This document shows, one piece after another, positions 48,981 through 63,212 of a stretch of 64,000 bases of DNA; the first letter of the stretch is position 1, and each line of letters opens with the position of its first letter. The translations under genes were made by a program, and so were the position numbers. This DNA is from Diadema antillarum (taxonomy: Eukaryota). The notes beneath the pieces were generated by a model. The model was given only the letters and a program-made list of their open reading frames with translations. It did not search any database and had not been told where the DNA came from. The stretch lies in NCBI RefSeq assembly GCF_040938485.1, contig NW_027271753.1, forward strand, positions 1,922,001 through 1,986,000. The letters are read 5' to 3'.

Positions 48981-51863
48981 CCGGTCACATCGTCACATCT
49001 CACCGCCGGATGCACCGGTGAGATGGAGCGTCATGCAAACGTTGTTTTGCTGCTCACTAATGAATTAATTGCTTTTCTGGTTCTATCATCTATGTACGTA
49101 TGAATTAATGCATGGATGTATCTATATATATATATCTCATAATGATAAATAATATAGTATGTAGGGAATATACATTCATATATACATGAGATTATGTGGT
49201 TTCTTGCTTGGTTTAAGTTTGGAAGCCCATGCATAGAATTATCGTTGAATGATGTATGCGATTGTGAATGTGTGTGTCCATGTGCGTAATGGCCTTCATC
49301 TATATTCCGCTTTCTCCTATTTTCTTTCTGTCTGTTAATTTCAATCCCTCCAGAGAATTATTCATAAGAAATCATCAGCAATTTAATTAGTTCTTCTTAG
49401 CAACAACACCAAAAAACCAAATCTTCAATTCTTGTTTGATAACATAGACACATCGTCGTGCACCTTCCACATCTTGTGTCAGTTCTTATACATTATATAC
49501 GTGTATAGGTTCACATTACGAATGCTACTCTTCATTGCCAATATATTTTCCTTTTGTTTGAAACTGCGTTACATGCATTTCTAAACTTGCTCTAAATTTC
49601 AATACTATATATTCAGTACGTCTCTCGTATGTAAAATAAGTCGAAAAGGAAATCATAATCACATCGCATACAACCAGCAGAATTTATGTTACTTTCCGCA
49701 GCAGCAGTGCGGTTTTCCAAATCGCTTAATTTGACGCTTGACATTCACAAATCACTCTTGTATATGACAATGTTCTGAAGCTTTGAGAAATTGATAATAC
49801 AGTAAGAATATCCAGCAATTAATTATCAATGGCCGATCACTGTTATCGCGACATCATTTTTGTGACGCACTATGAAGAGCCAATGTTGTTCGGTATGCCA
49901 GAGTTCCAATATCATTATCACTAAAATGTTCTTTGTCATCATCAAAACAATGTTATCATTCACGTCAAAGTTATTGCACTGAATAAGATATTACTTGATA
50001 GAAAATGCTACATAGGCCTAGTATATTTTCATTACTTTATTGGCAAAAAAACTTATGTGTATTCAATTGATAACAACTCATGTATATGTGATTGATGTCA
50101 AGTGACTGATAAAAAACTAATAGAAACGAAACGCAGTTTCAGTTTTTCAGTTCCAGTTTGATTTTATTTCTGCATTTTTTCATGGAATTCATACATGAAA
50201 ATGACAACTCGTGTATCTGAAAAACAAAACAGGAGAAGAAAAAAAAATCAGTACTACATTCATAGTATATTAATCACCACAATCTTTAAAGCTTAAACAT
50301 AACGACAATGAGATCAATGAGACAACGATATACTTGTTTCCAGGCAAAGAGGAAAAAATGCAAGAGCCTGCTTCTATAAAGAAGAGAGTTTCAAACCAAA
50401 CGTCATTATCCAAAAATTCCACAAAGTGGAGAAAACATGAACGCCTAATGAGCTGGTAAATATGTTGTATATATAAAAAGGTGTTGGGTTGATTTGTAAA
50501 TTATATGAAAATGATATGTAAATGATATGTAAATTATAATAGAAATAAAACAAAAGGAAAAGAGATAACGAGATGATAATAGTTATGTACAATTACATTA
50601 TCAGCACTCACTGAAGGTGTTATAAATTTCTTCGGCATATAGTCACAGTTTTTCCTCCATTCCGTCTGTTATTTCCTGCTGAAAATTATGATTTTCAGCC
50701 CGTACTACTCTTTCTATTTTCTATTGTTTTTCTTTTTCTTATATACTTCTCCTTTCTTTCCTTCTTTCTTTATCATTTACACGTTTAAGGAGATTAAGAG
50801 AATTAGCATGCTTCAGTTTCAGTTTCAGTTTGATGTCATTTCTGCATTTTTTCCATGAAAATCATACGTAACGGTACATAGTAGTGTATTTTGAACAAAA
50901 ATGTTCACAATGAATTCACAGTTTAATGATCACGATAATCTTAACAAATGCGATGAAATCAAAGAAATCAGCAATGCACTTAATTTCAGTTGTAGAGAGA
51001 GAAAAAAATGCAGGAGTCTGCCATCTTAAGCAGGTGCTTGATAGTGATGGCAGACATGCACAGAAGAAGAAAAAAGACAAAAAGAAACATATACATGTAC
51101 TTGAAACTTGAATTGTATACTATAACTCAATAAATTCAACATGCATGTCATTGAGTGCGGTCGCTGGATTGGAGAAATGACGTAACCTTGTATCACTGCT
51201 AAGGAATTCTCAAACACAGAAGAATTGTGCATTTTTTCTTTATCATGTATACAGATAATATTCTGAATTGGCATAATGACTGATACGGCTGAATAGAAAA
51301 GACTGTCTTCGCATCAGTGAGTTTCTGCCACAAAGCTTTGTGATCAATCCTCGTGATATGGAGTAACCAGCATCATACATAAAAGTAGCCGTTCCGTCAT
51401 AATGATAATATTTCCATGTAACATATACTAACATGCTCATCAGTTTAATTGGCAGGGATTCAGAACCTTAATGTTATTTCTAATAAAACAACAACAACAA
51501 CAACATACAAACAAAATTCAATTTCAAATAGTGCTATGTGTGTGGTTCGTATCTGTAACTAGGTAGGTACGTAAATCCGTTAACTTTTTTTTTTGTTATA
51601 AAATATAACGTAAAAAATGATATGACTTAACTAAACATGAGAATGATATAATAAACCATGATAACTATGTTAAAAATTAGCAGGTTTAATAAATTGCGTG
51701 AAATGCCACGTACTGTGACTACGAAGAAAGAAAGTGAAAGATTAGAAAAATAAATAATTCAATAAAACTTTGTAAACATTTGATTATAAGCCATGATAAT
51801 CATATAAAAATAGACAGTTATGTTAGAAAGCTTCAAAAGCATACCAGGACACGTAGGTCAATA

Positions 51864-51925
51864 CTGTAATTAACTACCCCGCAGAGCGCGAAAAATTAGT
51901 CGCGCGAAAATATCCACTTTTACAG
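51864..51925. mobile_element. Tiny internally deleted TA-TSD TIR element remnant
   Basis: TA|CTGTAA...TTACAG|TA with internal GCGCGAAAA motifs. Confidence 0.45.
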
Positions 51926-54900
51926 TACACTACGTTTAACATAATTTCGACATACTAAATTGAGGAATAAGCGGTATTTTTTCTTGACACCACAATATAT
52001 CAATGAATGAGCATTAACATAATACAATAAGAGTAGTGTCTACTTCTATTGTTGGACCGATCAGAATTAGAGGAATAGATTGGCTGTAAAATAGACCGAG
52101 TTCGGCCGCAAAGACTATATACCTTGCAACCCTGGTCGCGGCAGTCAGCTGAAATACGTGCAGTATAATGAAACACTGAGTTGGGAGTTATTCTTCCCTT
52201 TTCTAGATGGAAAAGCGCATTAACATTAACAAAGAAATCCATCCCGGAAATAGATAAACTCCATTTAAAGAAAGAGAAAAAATTCCCTACAGAACATTGA
52301 AAACGACAAAAATCGGATAAGACAATAAGGAAGATATGACATATTGACATTTCACATGTTTTCGAAAAAAAAACATTTCTTCACCAGTTCTTATAAATAT
52401 TCAAATGATCGAGATGATGACATCACGCCCTTACAATCTTTCTATGTATGTTATATATGAATTTTGGAAAAATTGTTATTTTTAGCTAATACAGGCCAAA
52501 GCGTATTCCCATACCAAAATATATGAACGGTAACATTTGGTTCTTTTTCATTCTGGGTGGTTTTAAGGCAAGTTTGATATCTATACAGCTGAAATATGAG
52601 ATTTTTGTCCGATTTTTTGTATATGAATTGAATAAGAGATTGTGAGAGCATGACGTCATAACTTGCTGATTTGAATATTCATAATGACTGGTCAAGGAGT
52701 GTTTCAGAAAAAGAAAATCAGAATGTTATATAACTTTCTTTCTTATCCAATTGTGATCATTTTTTTTTACATTGTCCTGCATGGATTTTTTCACTCTTTC
52801 TTATGATATCGAACAAATTTTGGAGTGGATTTCTACTTTCAAACGATGTGCACACTCACATACTATAGGTGGCCCGATCGGCCCTATCGGGCCAATAAAC
52901 ATGTTGTCTTACAAAGCGGTGCATGGCCCGACATCTATTTCTGGTGGCCCCGAGTCACCGGGCCAAGGCCAATGTCGATCCTTTATAATTATGTACAGTA
53001 TGATTGTATAATAATGTGTGTGATTCATTATATTGTAAAAGAGCTATTGCGTTATCATTACCATATAGCCAGATTATTCAAAATGCACATGATTAGTATT
53101 ATTGTTGTCATTCAGATTGTTATTGATATAGAAGTAAAATAGCATCATCATCATTATTTCTAGCATTATCACTGTTGCTTATTTACAGCACACACATAGG
53201 CCTACACATACACATACCATTATCAGCCGCGAGTAAACAACTACTCGAAAGACTTTGCCCAGCATCAGGTGTCAATCGAGGTCAAAATCTCATGTCTGGT
53301 TATTACTATCACAGTGCGTGCTTGGCATGTTCCAACTATTATCAACTGGGTTTCTGCTAAATCTTGCTGTTTCTATACCGATGTATAACAGCATCGGAAA
53401 ACACTAACATTAGGAGCAGCGACGGATAAATAGCAAATTATGTAGCGTTAAACATCATGTCTATAATTCTAGAAATTGCTAGTATCAATGGAAATTGGAT
53501 TGTCAGTCAATGGGAGAAGAATGTTGAATGGTGAAGCAGGTTGACCTGCCGCGAAGCACAGGGTTTGTGTACGCTTCACAGTCACGTAGGTAGTCACAAT
53601 GCAATGACGTAAATGCTACGCCGATATTTACTCGTCGCTCATTGGCTGTCGATGTCGTAATCCCAACGTGCGTATGAAGTCAGAATTTTATCAATGAACC
53701 TTCGCTGTCCCAGGGTACTAGTATGGAGGTATATCCTATTACCGAACGATTTTTATTTAATTTCTCCAGACGGGCAACATTATGCTTCAAGTTAGCTAAA
53801 GATCTCCCAGAAGATAATTAAAATTCTGATAAATTTAGCTGTATCAGTATTATTTGAAAACTAAGCCACGCACTTTACAAAATCTGTATTTCAAATAACC
53901 CTTCCACAAAAACCGTGTCTTTTTACCGACGCAAATCGTATTGTATTTACCGAACATGCCCCCTCTGTATGGGGAAATTTAGGCATTGCATTTTCGGTCA
54001 ATGTTATTAACGCAGAATAACAAACATCAACATTTCAGCGATTTTTACTAAAATTTTCTGTTTTTTTGCTGCAGTTTAGCAATTTTCTGCACCGGCCTCC
54101 CTTGGGAGATAACAGCGCGTGCGTAGTGCAATGGATGCGCGCGTATACGAGTTGTTTTAACGGGCTTCCATTGAAATACTATTCGAGTAGCACGCTAATA
54201 GATTCGTTACTACACGATCGGTATCGAAATAGTAATGGCACTTTAATGATGTCCTATAAATCTACTGATAGCTGCTGACCGTCTGTATGGCAACGGTGTA
54301 AACATTGTATTGTTTTAGGATGGTTTAAAGTTTAGTCTGGGGTGGAATGCGCGGTTCTTCTTTCACAGTCATCTTCAGTAGAATCAAGCAAATAAAGATC
54401 TAATGACACTTGAGATGACAGTTTCCCGTAAAATAATATCACGGCAGTAAACTATTGTCATAGAAAATATTTTGAGGGAAAAGCCAGTTTACTAATACTG
54501 AAGTAGTTTCGAATCTGTGGATTCCGGCCCAACCCCACCCACTCCTCCAGACCTGTTGTTAACGTTCTGACTGCACGAACTCAATCCTGTTGAATAAATT
54601 TCATTTCGTGGAATTCAGTTCGCAAGCAGTTTAGTTGTTGCCAAGTCTCGCAAGAATCTCAGGAAAACTCGTTTTTATTTTATTTCTTTTTACAAATAAA
54701 AACATGCGCATCATATTTGAACGAGGAATATTAAGACTCTCGCACTTTTTAGATATAGAAAATATAAAATAATTTCGCTCGACCCAAGATGAATGAATGT
54801 TAATTATACACGTACAATTTGTAGATGAGGTGTGCCTTTCAAGGGCTTAAACAAAAAGGTACAAGAGTTATTACTATCTTTCTTGAGTTAGAAAGAATAA

Positions 54901-56974
54901 CCCTTACAGTTTAGAAGATGTTATCAATTTGCCCACTTTCCATGACTCACGTTCTCGTAGGTTTAGAAGGGTTGACAATCTTAGCATGGGGCGTTGATGA
55001 ATGTAAAATGATATTGGTGAGTAATCCGGATTATGAATTGTGCAACGTGAAAAACAACATGTTGTTAATGGTTTCTCGCAGGTATACGTGAACGTCAGGA
55101 ATCTGAAATATGAATGAGAATACACGAACACCGTACAGCTGCGTCACATTTTCAGCAAGTGCAAGTTTCAGCCCCAAATCTTTGATGAGACAATTCCGCA
55201 TAAGAAAGAGAGAAAAAAAGTTTATTCATTCGTTTGTTCATTTATAAAAGCAGGACCAAATAAAAGCACTTTCCTCCGTACACTGAATACTCCAGAATAA
55301 ACGAGTATAAAGCAATTTACGTAAGGTAAAACAATGTAATACGTCAAGAATAATATTGAAACAAATGTCATGGTTTATCAATGTAGGATCTTCTTAGGGT
55401 CCAGTCTATAACATTATTATGGTATGTGTGTCTGGGGTTACTTTAACGTGCCACAAATGAAGTATTAAACACGTGATGTTCATGCGCAGCAAGCTACAAT
55501 GCAAAGGACCGACAGCCAAAAGCCCGTGAAGGACAAGACAATATAAAGGATAAAATATACGTATACACTCAATTTCATTCATTCATTTATGTTTTCCATT
55601 TCTGACAGAAACATATAAGCATTTTACAGAACTAATTAAATACATAAATCACATCACAATACATAATAAAATATAAGTTTACAGAATAGTAAATGTAAGT
55701 TCACAGAATATATGTATAAATAAAAAGGGTGAATTACCATGACAAAGGGCACAATCGCTATGCTACCACAAAACTCAAACCATGGATTATCCACTTATCA
55801 AAACCTAGCATTTTGTTTCATTTGAAAAGAAACGTAGTAGTAGAGTCCATTATTAACAAAATGAATGCAGCACACTCCAATAAGGAGACGTCCACACTTT
55901 TAAATGGTACAGTGTAGCTGCGAGGATACACCGGATGAGTTGCATGGTGATAATAAAAACATGTATACAACAATACAGTTGTCTAAAATCTAAGACCTGT
56001 AAAAATTAACAGAAGAGGCAAGATTTTAAGGCAGCAACTAAAATGGCATTCGGGTTATAGCAGACGATTTACTCTATCCACATTATTTACCGGTCTCACT
56101 CCTACGTACGTACTGCGTGAGTATTACAATAGGAGCTCGAATGGAAGAATGACATCATCGTAGACATGACATCATCATCCCAGATTTATCATTGAGAGCA
56201 CGCCCTCACTAGTAAATGTGCTGCCAGGGGACTTATTTTTCCCTCCCCTGCTCTGCGATTCCAGGTGACTTGTAGACCCGACTCGCGGCGTGCAAACATC
56301 CCGCAGCGCTCTCGTCCGCTACCTTGTAATCGTACATAGTAGCATTGGGATACGCACGTGTCATGCGTATGACAGACAAAAGCTCGGGACAAGCTTTGCA
56401 AACAACTTAAATTTATGGAGGAACGGGCGCAAATTTAACAATAGCCACCCCTCTCTCTTCATTTTCAGAATGATGTCAGATTAGAAGAGAAGCTTGTGCC
56501 AGTCAGGTCATACAGTTGTGTTCTCTCGCCCTCATATCAAACGATTTGAATTTCTGATACGATATTTATATAAAAATCGTAGTCAAGATGGGTCGCAACG
56601 CATAATACGCCAGCTATATGCGCTTGTATCGTAATAGCTGGCACTTCGGGATTTTGGAAACTATCTATGGTAATTCTTTTAGCATCGACTCCCACGTTTG
56701 AACAGCATCAGTATCATTTCCTAACAGCGTCTAACACGACGACCACACAAGACCAGCTTCACAATGGATTGTATACTAGCAGCAGACGACGCCAACTCAA
56801 CTGCTTTCGTTCAGCTGAGTTGCATGTAAGCCCGCCGGGAAAAAAGCGCCAATCCCAGCCGACCAAATGGTCCAATCGACAACTGCCTGAACGCTTATTC
56901 TTGCCTTAAGCCTTTGCTTGCCTCAAGACGACCAAGACTGTCGTGTCAGATTGACCAGTTTCCTGTTACTTGAG

Positions 56975-58253
56975 CTGACGAATTGAAGCGAGAAAAGACG
57001 ATACCTGCGTCCACTCACGAAACAACCTACCTTCTAGAGGGAAATTCCCGGTGCCAAAACCAAAACCAGGGTATACCAAACACGACAATCGTAGACGCGA
57101 CAGGTCCTCACAGGAATAGGAAAAAGGCTGAAGGGAGATTGAAACCCGTAAGTAGTAAATCATGAAGGGGATATACACCTTGAATAAGAATTCCTAATCC
57201 TTTACTTCTCTAATAGTAAAGTACCCTTCGCAATCATTACTTTATCATACGATGTTTTGTTGACGAAAATAAAAATCATGTTGTGATAAACAACAACTTT
57301 GTTTCATCTTCTTAATTCGTTGATGTTTAATGAAGTCAGCTTGTTGTTGCTATGTATGGAGGTAATGTTGGAAATGCGATTAATTACATGAATATACATA
57401 AAACCGCCGAATACGTCACCTATTGTGTAGGCCAACTGTTATCATTTTTTGCCGTCGACTAGTGTGTGCTGTATGCGAACACTGGTTTGGGCGCCAGCCG
57501 TTTCGGCGGCATGACCACTTACTTTACGGTGCTGAGCGAGCCGAGTACGGAAAACAACGGTATCCTTCATTTCTGTGTTTCATATACCCATGGGTTGAAT
57601 TGTCTTATTTGCAAGTCTGTAAGGCACATTTTAACTTAAAGCTTCGATGTCATCCTTACCTCATATTTGAACACTATAATCAGCAAGAAAAACTAGATTT
57701 TGTGTCGAAAAGGAGCCCTTGTTGAATCATTGATAATTGATGCGAATTCGGAACAGTTCATTTGGCTTTCGGTTCCACATTTTGACCGATCTCCCCTCGA
57801 CTTTCCCTCCAAGAATTAGCATTGGACTGATAGGTGGAGTGTGGGTAACATCTCCTTTTGTTGGCAACTGTCACAGCAAACAAACACATTGATTTCCTCT
57901 TCTTCTGGCAGTGGTCTCATGTCACATAACAGGGGCGGATCCAGGAATTCCGTAAAGAGGGGGCGCGTTTACAAAATTAAAGGGGGGCGCACGCATCCCT
58001 ACCCCATTTTCTTTCTTTTTATTTCTTTTGTTTCAACAAACAATAAAGGGGGGGGGGGGTGTGCGTGCGCCGGTTGCGGTCCTCCCTGGATCCGCCCCTG
58101 CATAACAGGGCATTCTTATTATGGTCCCTTTAGCAGAAGTATCTGAAAGCTGAACTCCACAAGAGGAAGAGCATAGCCTCATATGCTGATTATTGTCCAA
58201 CAACATCGCGCCTGGACATCCATGACATCGTGGATAGCTATACGCCTGTTTAA
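56975..58253 (+). other. Candidate two-exon segment of an unidentified gene (donor 57148, acceptor 58133/58136)
   Basis: Donor CCC|GTAAGT and NAGNAG acceptor CCCTTTAG|CAG join two open frames in phase 0, ending DSYTPV* (58251-58253). CCAAT boxes at 56849 and 56872. Confidence 0.35.
57930..58100 (+). mobile_element. CAGGGGCGGATCC-family MITE with 5-bp TSD CATAA
   Basis: Perfect 16-bp TIR CAGGGGCGGATCCAGG / CCTGGATCCGCCCCTG; CATAA at 57925-57929 and 58101-58105. Confidence 0.92.
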
Positions 58254-59388
58254 CACGTGTGTAACAGCCACGGTGTACCTTCACAGGTTCTCCCATACAG
58301 AAGCTTGTGTTATTGAATTTAGTAAGATAATTTTCTCTGAAAGTCTTCTTTCATAAGACGAATCAAGTAGAAAAAAAATATGTTACTTGTGTTTAACCTG
58401 CAGTGTATTTAACTCGTTAATATTCTTTGCAACTTATGAAACCCCCCAGGACATTTTTTTTTTTTAAATTAAGTTATTTTAAAATTATCAGTTTGTAAAG
58501 TAGACGCCAGTGGCAATGACACGCGAGTGTCATATTCCTTCAGTTTCGCTGATATTATACTAACAACCTCCTGGTGTTTGATATTTTGATACAACACTTA
58601 ATTTTGCCACCATTTGCTACCAAGCAGTGGTCTTTTATTTGAGTTTCAATGGATATTTCCACGGAATAATTACCATAGAACTAGACTAGATATGACCTTG
58701 TAGTCTCGTCTAGTCATGTTTTCATTTCTATAACGGTTGCCGTTTATGGAGTAACATCTTTCGGCCATGTTCAAATTTATGATCTTCTATGAAAACAAGG
58801 CAAGGTACAGTTTAAACATTTTACTCGAATTTGCTGTTCATGTAACATGAAGAAGGCTATGCCGAGTACCACATAAACGGTAATGCCAATCAAATCAAAT
58901 CAAATCAAATCAAAAATCAAATCAACGGTGGAGCTGTTTCTCCTAATTGTGTTGCTTACCATCACACTCTTCACGTTATCAAGTCTTACTTTTTGTTGCG
59001 TGAATGTTTAAATCAAACTACGTTGTCGTTTTGTATTTATCACATTTGCATTATCTGGTTGGATTTTTCTTGCAACACTATATAGGCTTTACAATTATGT
59101 GCTATTATTGTTATGTACGAAGGAAGGTAGGAAATGAAATATGTGAAAAAATGACTAGAAATGTGATAAGATTGATTAGAATGTTATGAAGACACGCACC
59201 AAACATCTTCAGATTGTGCAAAGATTGAAAAGCAAGGGAACATGGTTTCTTATGAATGCAGTCACTCCATGCATGGGAGAGGTCGATAAGGTCGCCGAGT
59301 CGCGGGCGCGACGGCCAAACCAAGATGGGCTGTTCCGTAGAATTGAGGGCACGATTATGGCTTCACCGTGCTATGGTGTCCCCAAAAT

Positions 59389-59601
59389 GGTGACACGACA
59401 TCTTGCTCCTGTGACAATTATTGTTCGAGTCTTATTTTCTCCAAGGACTTTTGGTTAGAGATAGGGTTTGATATGATTCTATAGGTTTAGTTTGATGTGA
59501 GGATTAGGATTAGGGTCACCTTTGTGGGTGGGTTTTAAGTTTGACTTAGCGTACGGATATTTCATGGGAGCGATTGTCGCAGGAGCAAATGTCATGGAAC
59601 C
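59389..59601. mobile_element. Unclassified small inverted-repeat element with GGTTAG-like interior
   Basis: GACATCTTGCTCCTGTGACAA (from 59397) pairs with TTGTCGCAGGAGCAAATGTC (to 59593); degenerate GGTTAG/GATTAG repeats lie between. Confidence 0.6.
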
Positions 59602-62597
59602 ACGTACCCAAAACAGACTTCCAACTCATGGAAAATCAAAATGTCCCGACCACTGGTTGTGTGTCGTAGCACTCCAGCAATTACTCTTGGTGCCAGTATT
59701 GTAATCACCTCGTGGTCATAAAATTAATTCATCATTTTCTCATAGAAACCTGAATACTATAGTAGGAAGAAGGCAGTACTTTCCAAAGCCTATTACCATC
59801 GAGGTATGATAGTAATTATAATGTCTAGTATTTGCAGTAGCATGATTTTCAGTACATTGAAATAGTCATTGGAGTCGCAGAAATAATACGGAGGCGATTT
59901 AGCATATTCTCTTTCCCTTGAAATCAATTACAGAGAAAATAAATAGGCCTATTATTTTTTTGTTGGTAGGGCCTACGTATTCATTCATTTCTTGTATTAA
60001 GTAAAGTTTATTTGTTACAAAAGTTTAAATGAATCAGACACTATTTTGGCCATCGACAATGAAGGAAAAGACGGAATATACATTACCAAATTAAAGTATA
60101 CCGCATTCAAGTTTCTTAATCTGTAAAACGTTCTTTCTTTCTAAACTGTCGATTAGCAACTCTAAATGATTCTTACATAGCACCAATATCTAAGTTACTG
60201 CACACACACACATACATACACACACACACAAATAATGTCAACAAACCCCTGAAAAAAACAACAACAAGTGTGTTACTTTTACATTTCTAATTGTACATAA
60301 TCGAAGGGGTCATTGAATTGTATTTTACTCAAACAGCAGTCGCAGTAGCTCACTGGCCAGTGAATCCGGGCCAGTGAATGAACTTTTATGAAAGCAGTAC
60401 AAAATATTGGTTAATAGATTTTTAACAAGTGACCAAATAACCTCTTATTTGCACTTTTCTCACTTCTGTCATTCGATCTTAGAGGTGTTGTGCACTTGGG
60501 AAGATAAAAGAAAGTATCTTAATTCCTGCTCAGTTACTACTGCCACGATCCCATGCAAATGCATAGCTACGTACATCATGTCGTCAGGAATGAAATCATA
60601 CGTTGCAAAATGTGCAAAATGGATCTATTATTCTTGTCCAAGTTTCAAAGTGAATTGAACTTCCATAGATATTACTCAATGTTGGGAAAATCATATACAT
60701 ATATATATTGTATATGTACCTATGTAATGATGTTAGAGATATATTTGATTTGATTTGATTTGATTTATTCCTATACATTATCGTTGCTTTATAATGCTTT
60801 TATTGTAACATTGTGCCACTCACTATAAGCCTTCTTAGGCCAACTGTCTTAATATGACGAGTGTGATATTCAATAAAAGAAATAGAATAAATTGATATAC
60901 AAAATATTTTCATTAGAGATGAAATGATCGGAATATTGAATTGAACCATCAATGGGAGTACTCATTTTAATTGACTGTTCTCCTTAATTCTCGCAGACTT
61001 TCAAATTAATGATTAGGTAGATTTGAAGCAAATTTCATTCCGATGACCAAACAATAATTCAAAAAATTACCCTTTCTACATCTTATGCTAGAGTCTGCGA
61101 ATCTCGCCAAACAGTATATAAAGTCGGTGATATTTTGTTTTGACAAACTCATCTTGAAGAATCGTTGATACTTTTTGTAATATTATTTCATTTCTACATA
61201 ACTTTTTATGAATATTATGAAAAAATTAATCAAATCAAATCACATTTCTAAATATCAATTCATATGATTGTTACGGAAAAATATATAAAATCAAATCAAG
61301 AAAGTATCTCGCAAATCTCATTTGAAAACCGAACTCTCCTATTCGTGATAAAAGTGTTCTAGCGCTTATTCCTCAACGACATAGATTATGATCTCCTATT
61401 CTATCGAGACATGTTTTTTCCTAATAACTTTCCTGTCGTATTGAATTTATTGTTACGAGCGTTTATATACAAACATAACGAACTGACACACGTTGTAAAT
61501 ATTATAACTTGGATTTTTCGCTGGAGACTAAAAAGTAATTTTGGTGATTTTCAATTTTATCTTTTATGAAGTACATGTACCTAAATCAACAGATTAATTT
61601 TCAGTTGTGTCCTTAAAAGAATACGCTTTACTTTGCCATCCTTTCCAAATAATATCTCTTCATATCTAAGCGAATAAAACTTGTACCCGAATTCTAGTTA
61701 AGCACTTAGAATGACCAAGAAAAAGTCACGCTACTCTACAAGTTATGGTAGAATGTACACATCTCCTCAAAATCATATAAGAGTATATCCTGTAAAACTT
61801 TGTTTTCAAAAACTATAAGTCTGAATAACTATTATTCAGCAATACATACATGTCATTATATGCCATTTTGATATTTTCATCTTGACAATCAATGTGCATT
61901 AGACGTGAATGCAGTCAATGATATAAAGGGATTCAGATAATATCTTAAAGTTTAAAAGTTCAAAAATACTATTTGAAAAGACGTAACGAATCTAGACCTA
62001 AAGAAATAGACACGTTTGCTTAAATATTTTTTTTCTAATGGAAGTAGTCATACGTGCCCCGATCAATTGTCACGAATGTTTTGAAGGAGTAAAAACAACA
62101 ACAACCAAAAAAAAAAAAACATATCGAATGAGTCATACATCAAAGAATATACATCTGTAATAGTGTTCAATTTGTTTCCCTGTATTGGATGAAAATGCAA
62201 TTACATATCGCTGCTGGGGTGACAAGACCTCGTATCTAAAAGTTTGGTGAAAATGACCTTTTTTGGATTAATGGTCAGATAATCACTTAAGTAATGTTCT
62301 GTCCAAATTCTAACTGTCTTGTCCCAAAAATGCAGCCACCACGGCATGTCAAAGGAAAGACTCTCCCATTTGATGCAGTGCTTTGGCTGCCATGTTTTTT
62401 TCGCCCCAGCAACGATATATTTTTCCTAATATTTTTTTTCTGCTGAATTTTGATTGATTTTAAGTTTTTTCTTCATAAAATAGCACACGTTGTAAAAAAT
62501 ATGAAATGGGAATGGAGGCAACTTTGGCCCTTTCCAGTGTTTTCAATGTCGCTGCTGAGATATTTTTTGAGGAATATTAGTGTGGTCTTTATGGAAC

Positions 62598-62607
62598 AAG
62601 CACACAC

Positions 62608-62672
<65 letters not shown>

Positions 62673-62675
62673 TAC
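62598..62675. repeat. (AC)n/(GC)n compound microsatellite
   Basis: AC runs interrupted by GCGCGC. Confidence 0.9.
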
Positions 62676-63212
62676 AAATTTGATTTCATTCCTCCTGTTA
62701 ATATCACATAGGTAATTTTCTCTGTTTTACAACCAACTATATAGTATAATTTAGTGTCACAATATGACGCAACACTTATTGTACTGACTTCAGAAGTGTA
62801 GACCCAAAACCATGTTTCATGCATTGTGTTATAACTCACTGATATCACACCCACATTTAAAATTGCGACCATTATACCTTTCGGCACAGTAATTGCAAGT
62901 CATTTGCGAGTACTTGATTTCCTAATGATAATCGCTGTAATGTTTACCAAAATCTACTTTATTCTTAGATGTCTTATTAATCTGTCATTAATAAAGTCAT
63001 TTGCTTCATGTCGATAATCATAAGGGTATCATTACTGTTGTTCGTTGAGTTTTTGTGTAAGGGGGGGGGGGGGCGGTGGAGTGAACTCACCTCCCTTCCC
63101 CTTCTTTCTTCTCTCCTGTTTATGATGAACTGAACTTTCGTTTTGTGAATTCTAATCGAGTAGAAACCTCTATAGTTTACTGTCAAAGGTTATACTCTTT
63201 GGTATTTCATAG

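Noticed and set aside
5236-62135. Apparent abundance of AP-1 (TGA(C/G)TCA) sites
   Set aside because: The count is within roughly twofold of a rough chance expectation for a 7-mer on both strands; only the TATA-proximal site was kept.
25694-62887. ORFs with poly-L, poly-I, poly-YI, poly-TH or poly-CV runs (25694, 30764, 43311, 45001, 48212, 62450)
   Set aside because: Translations of microsatellites.
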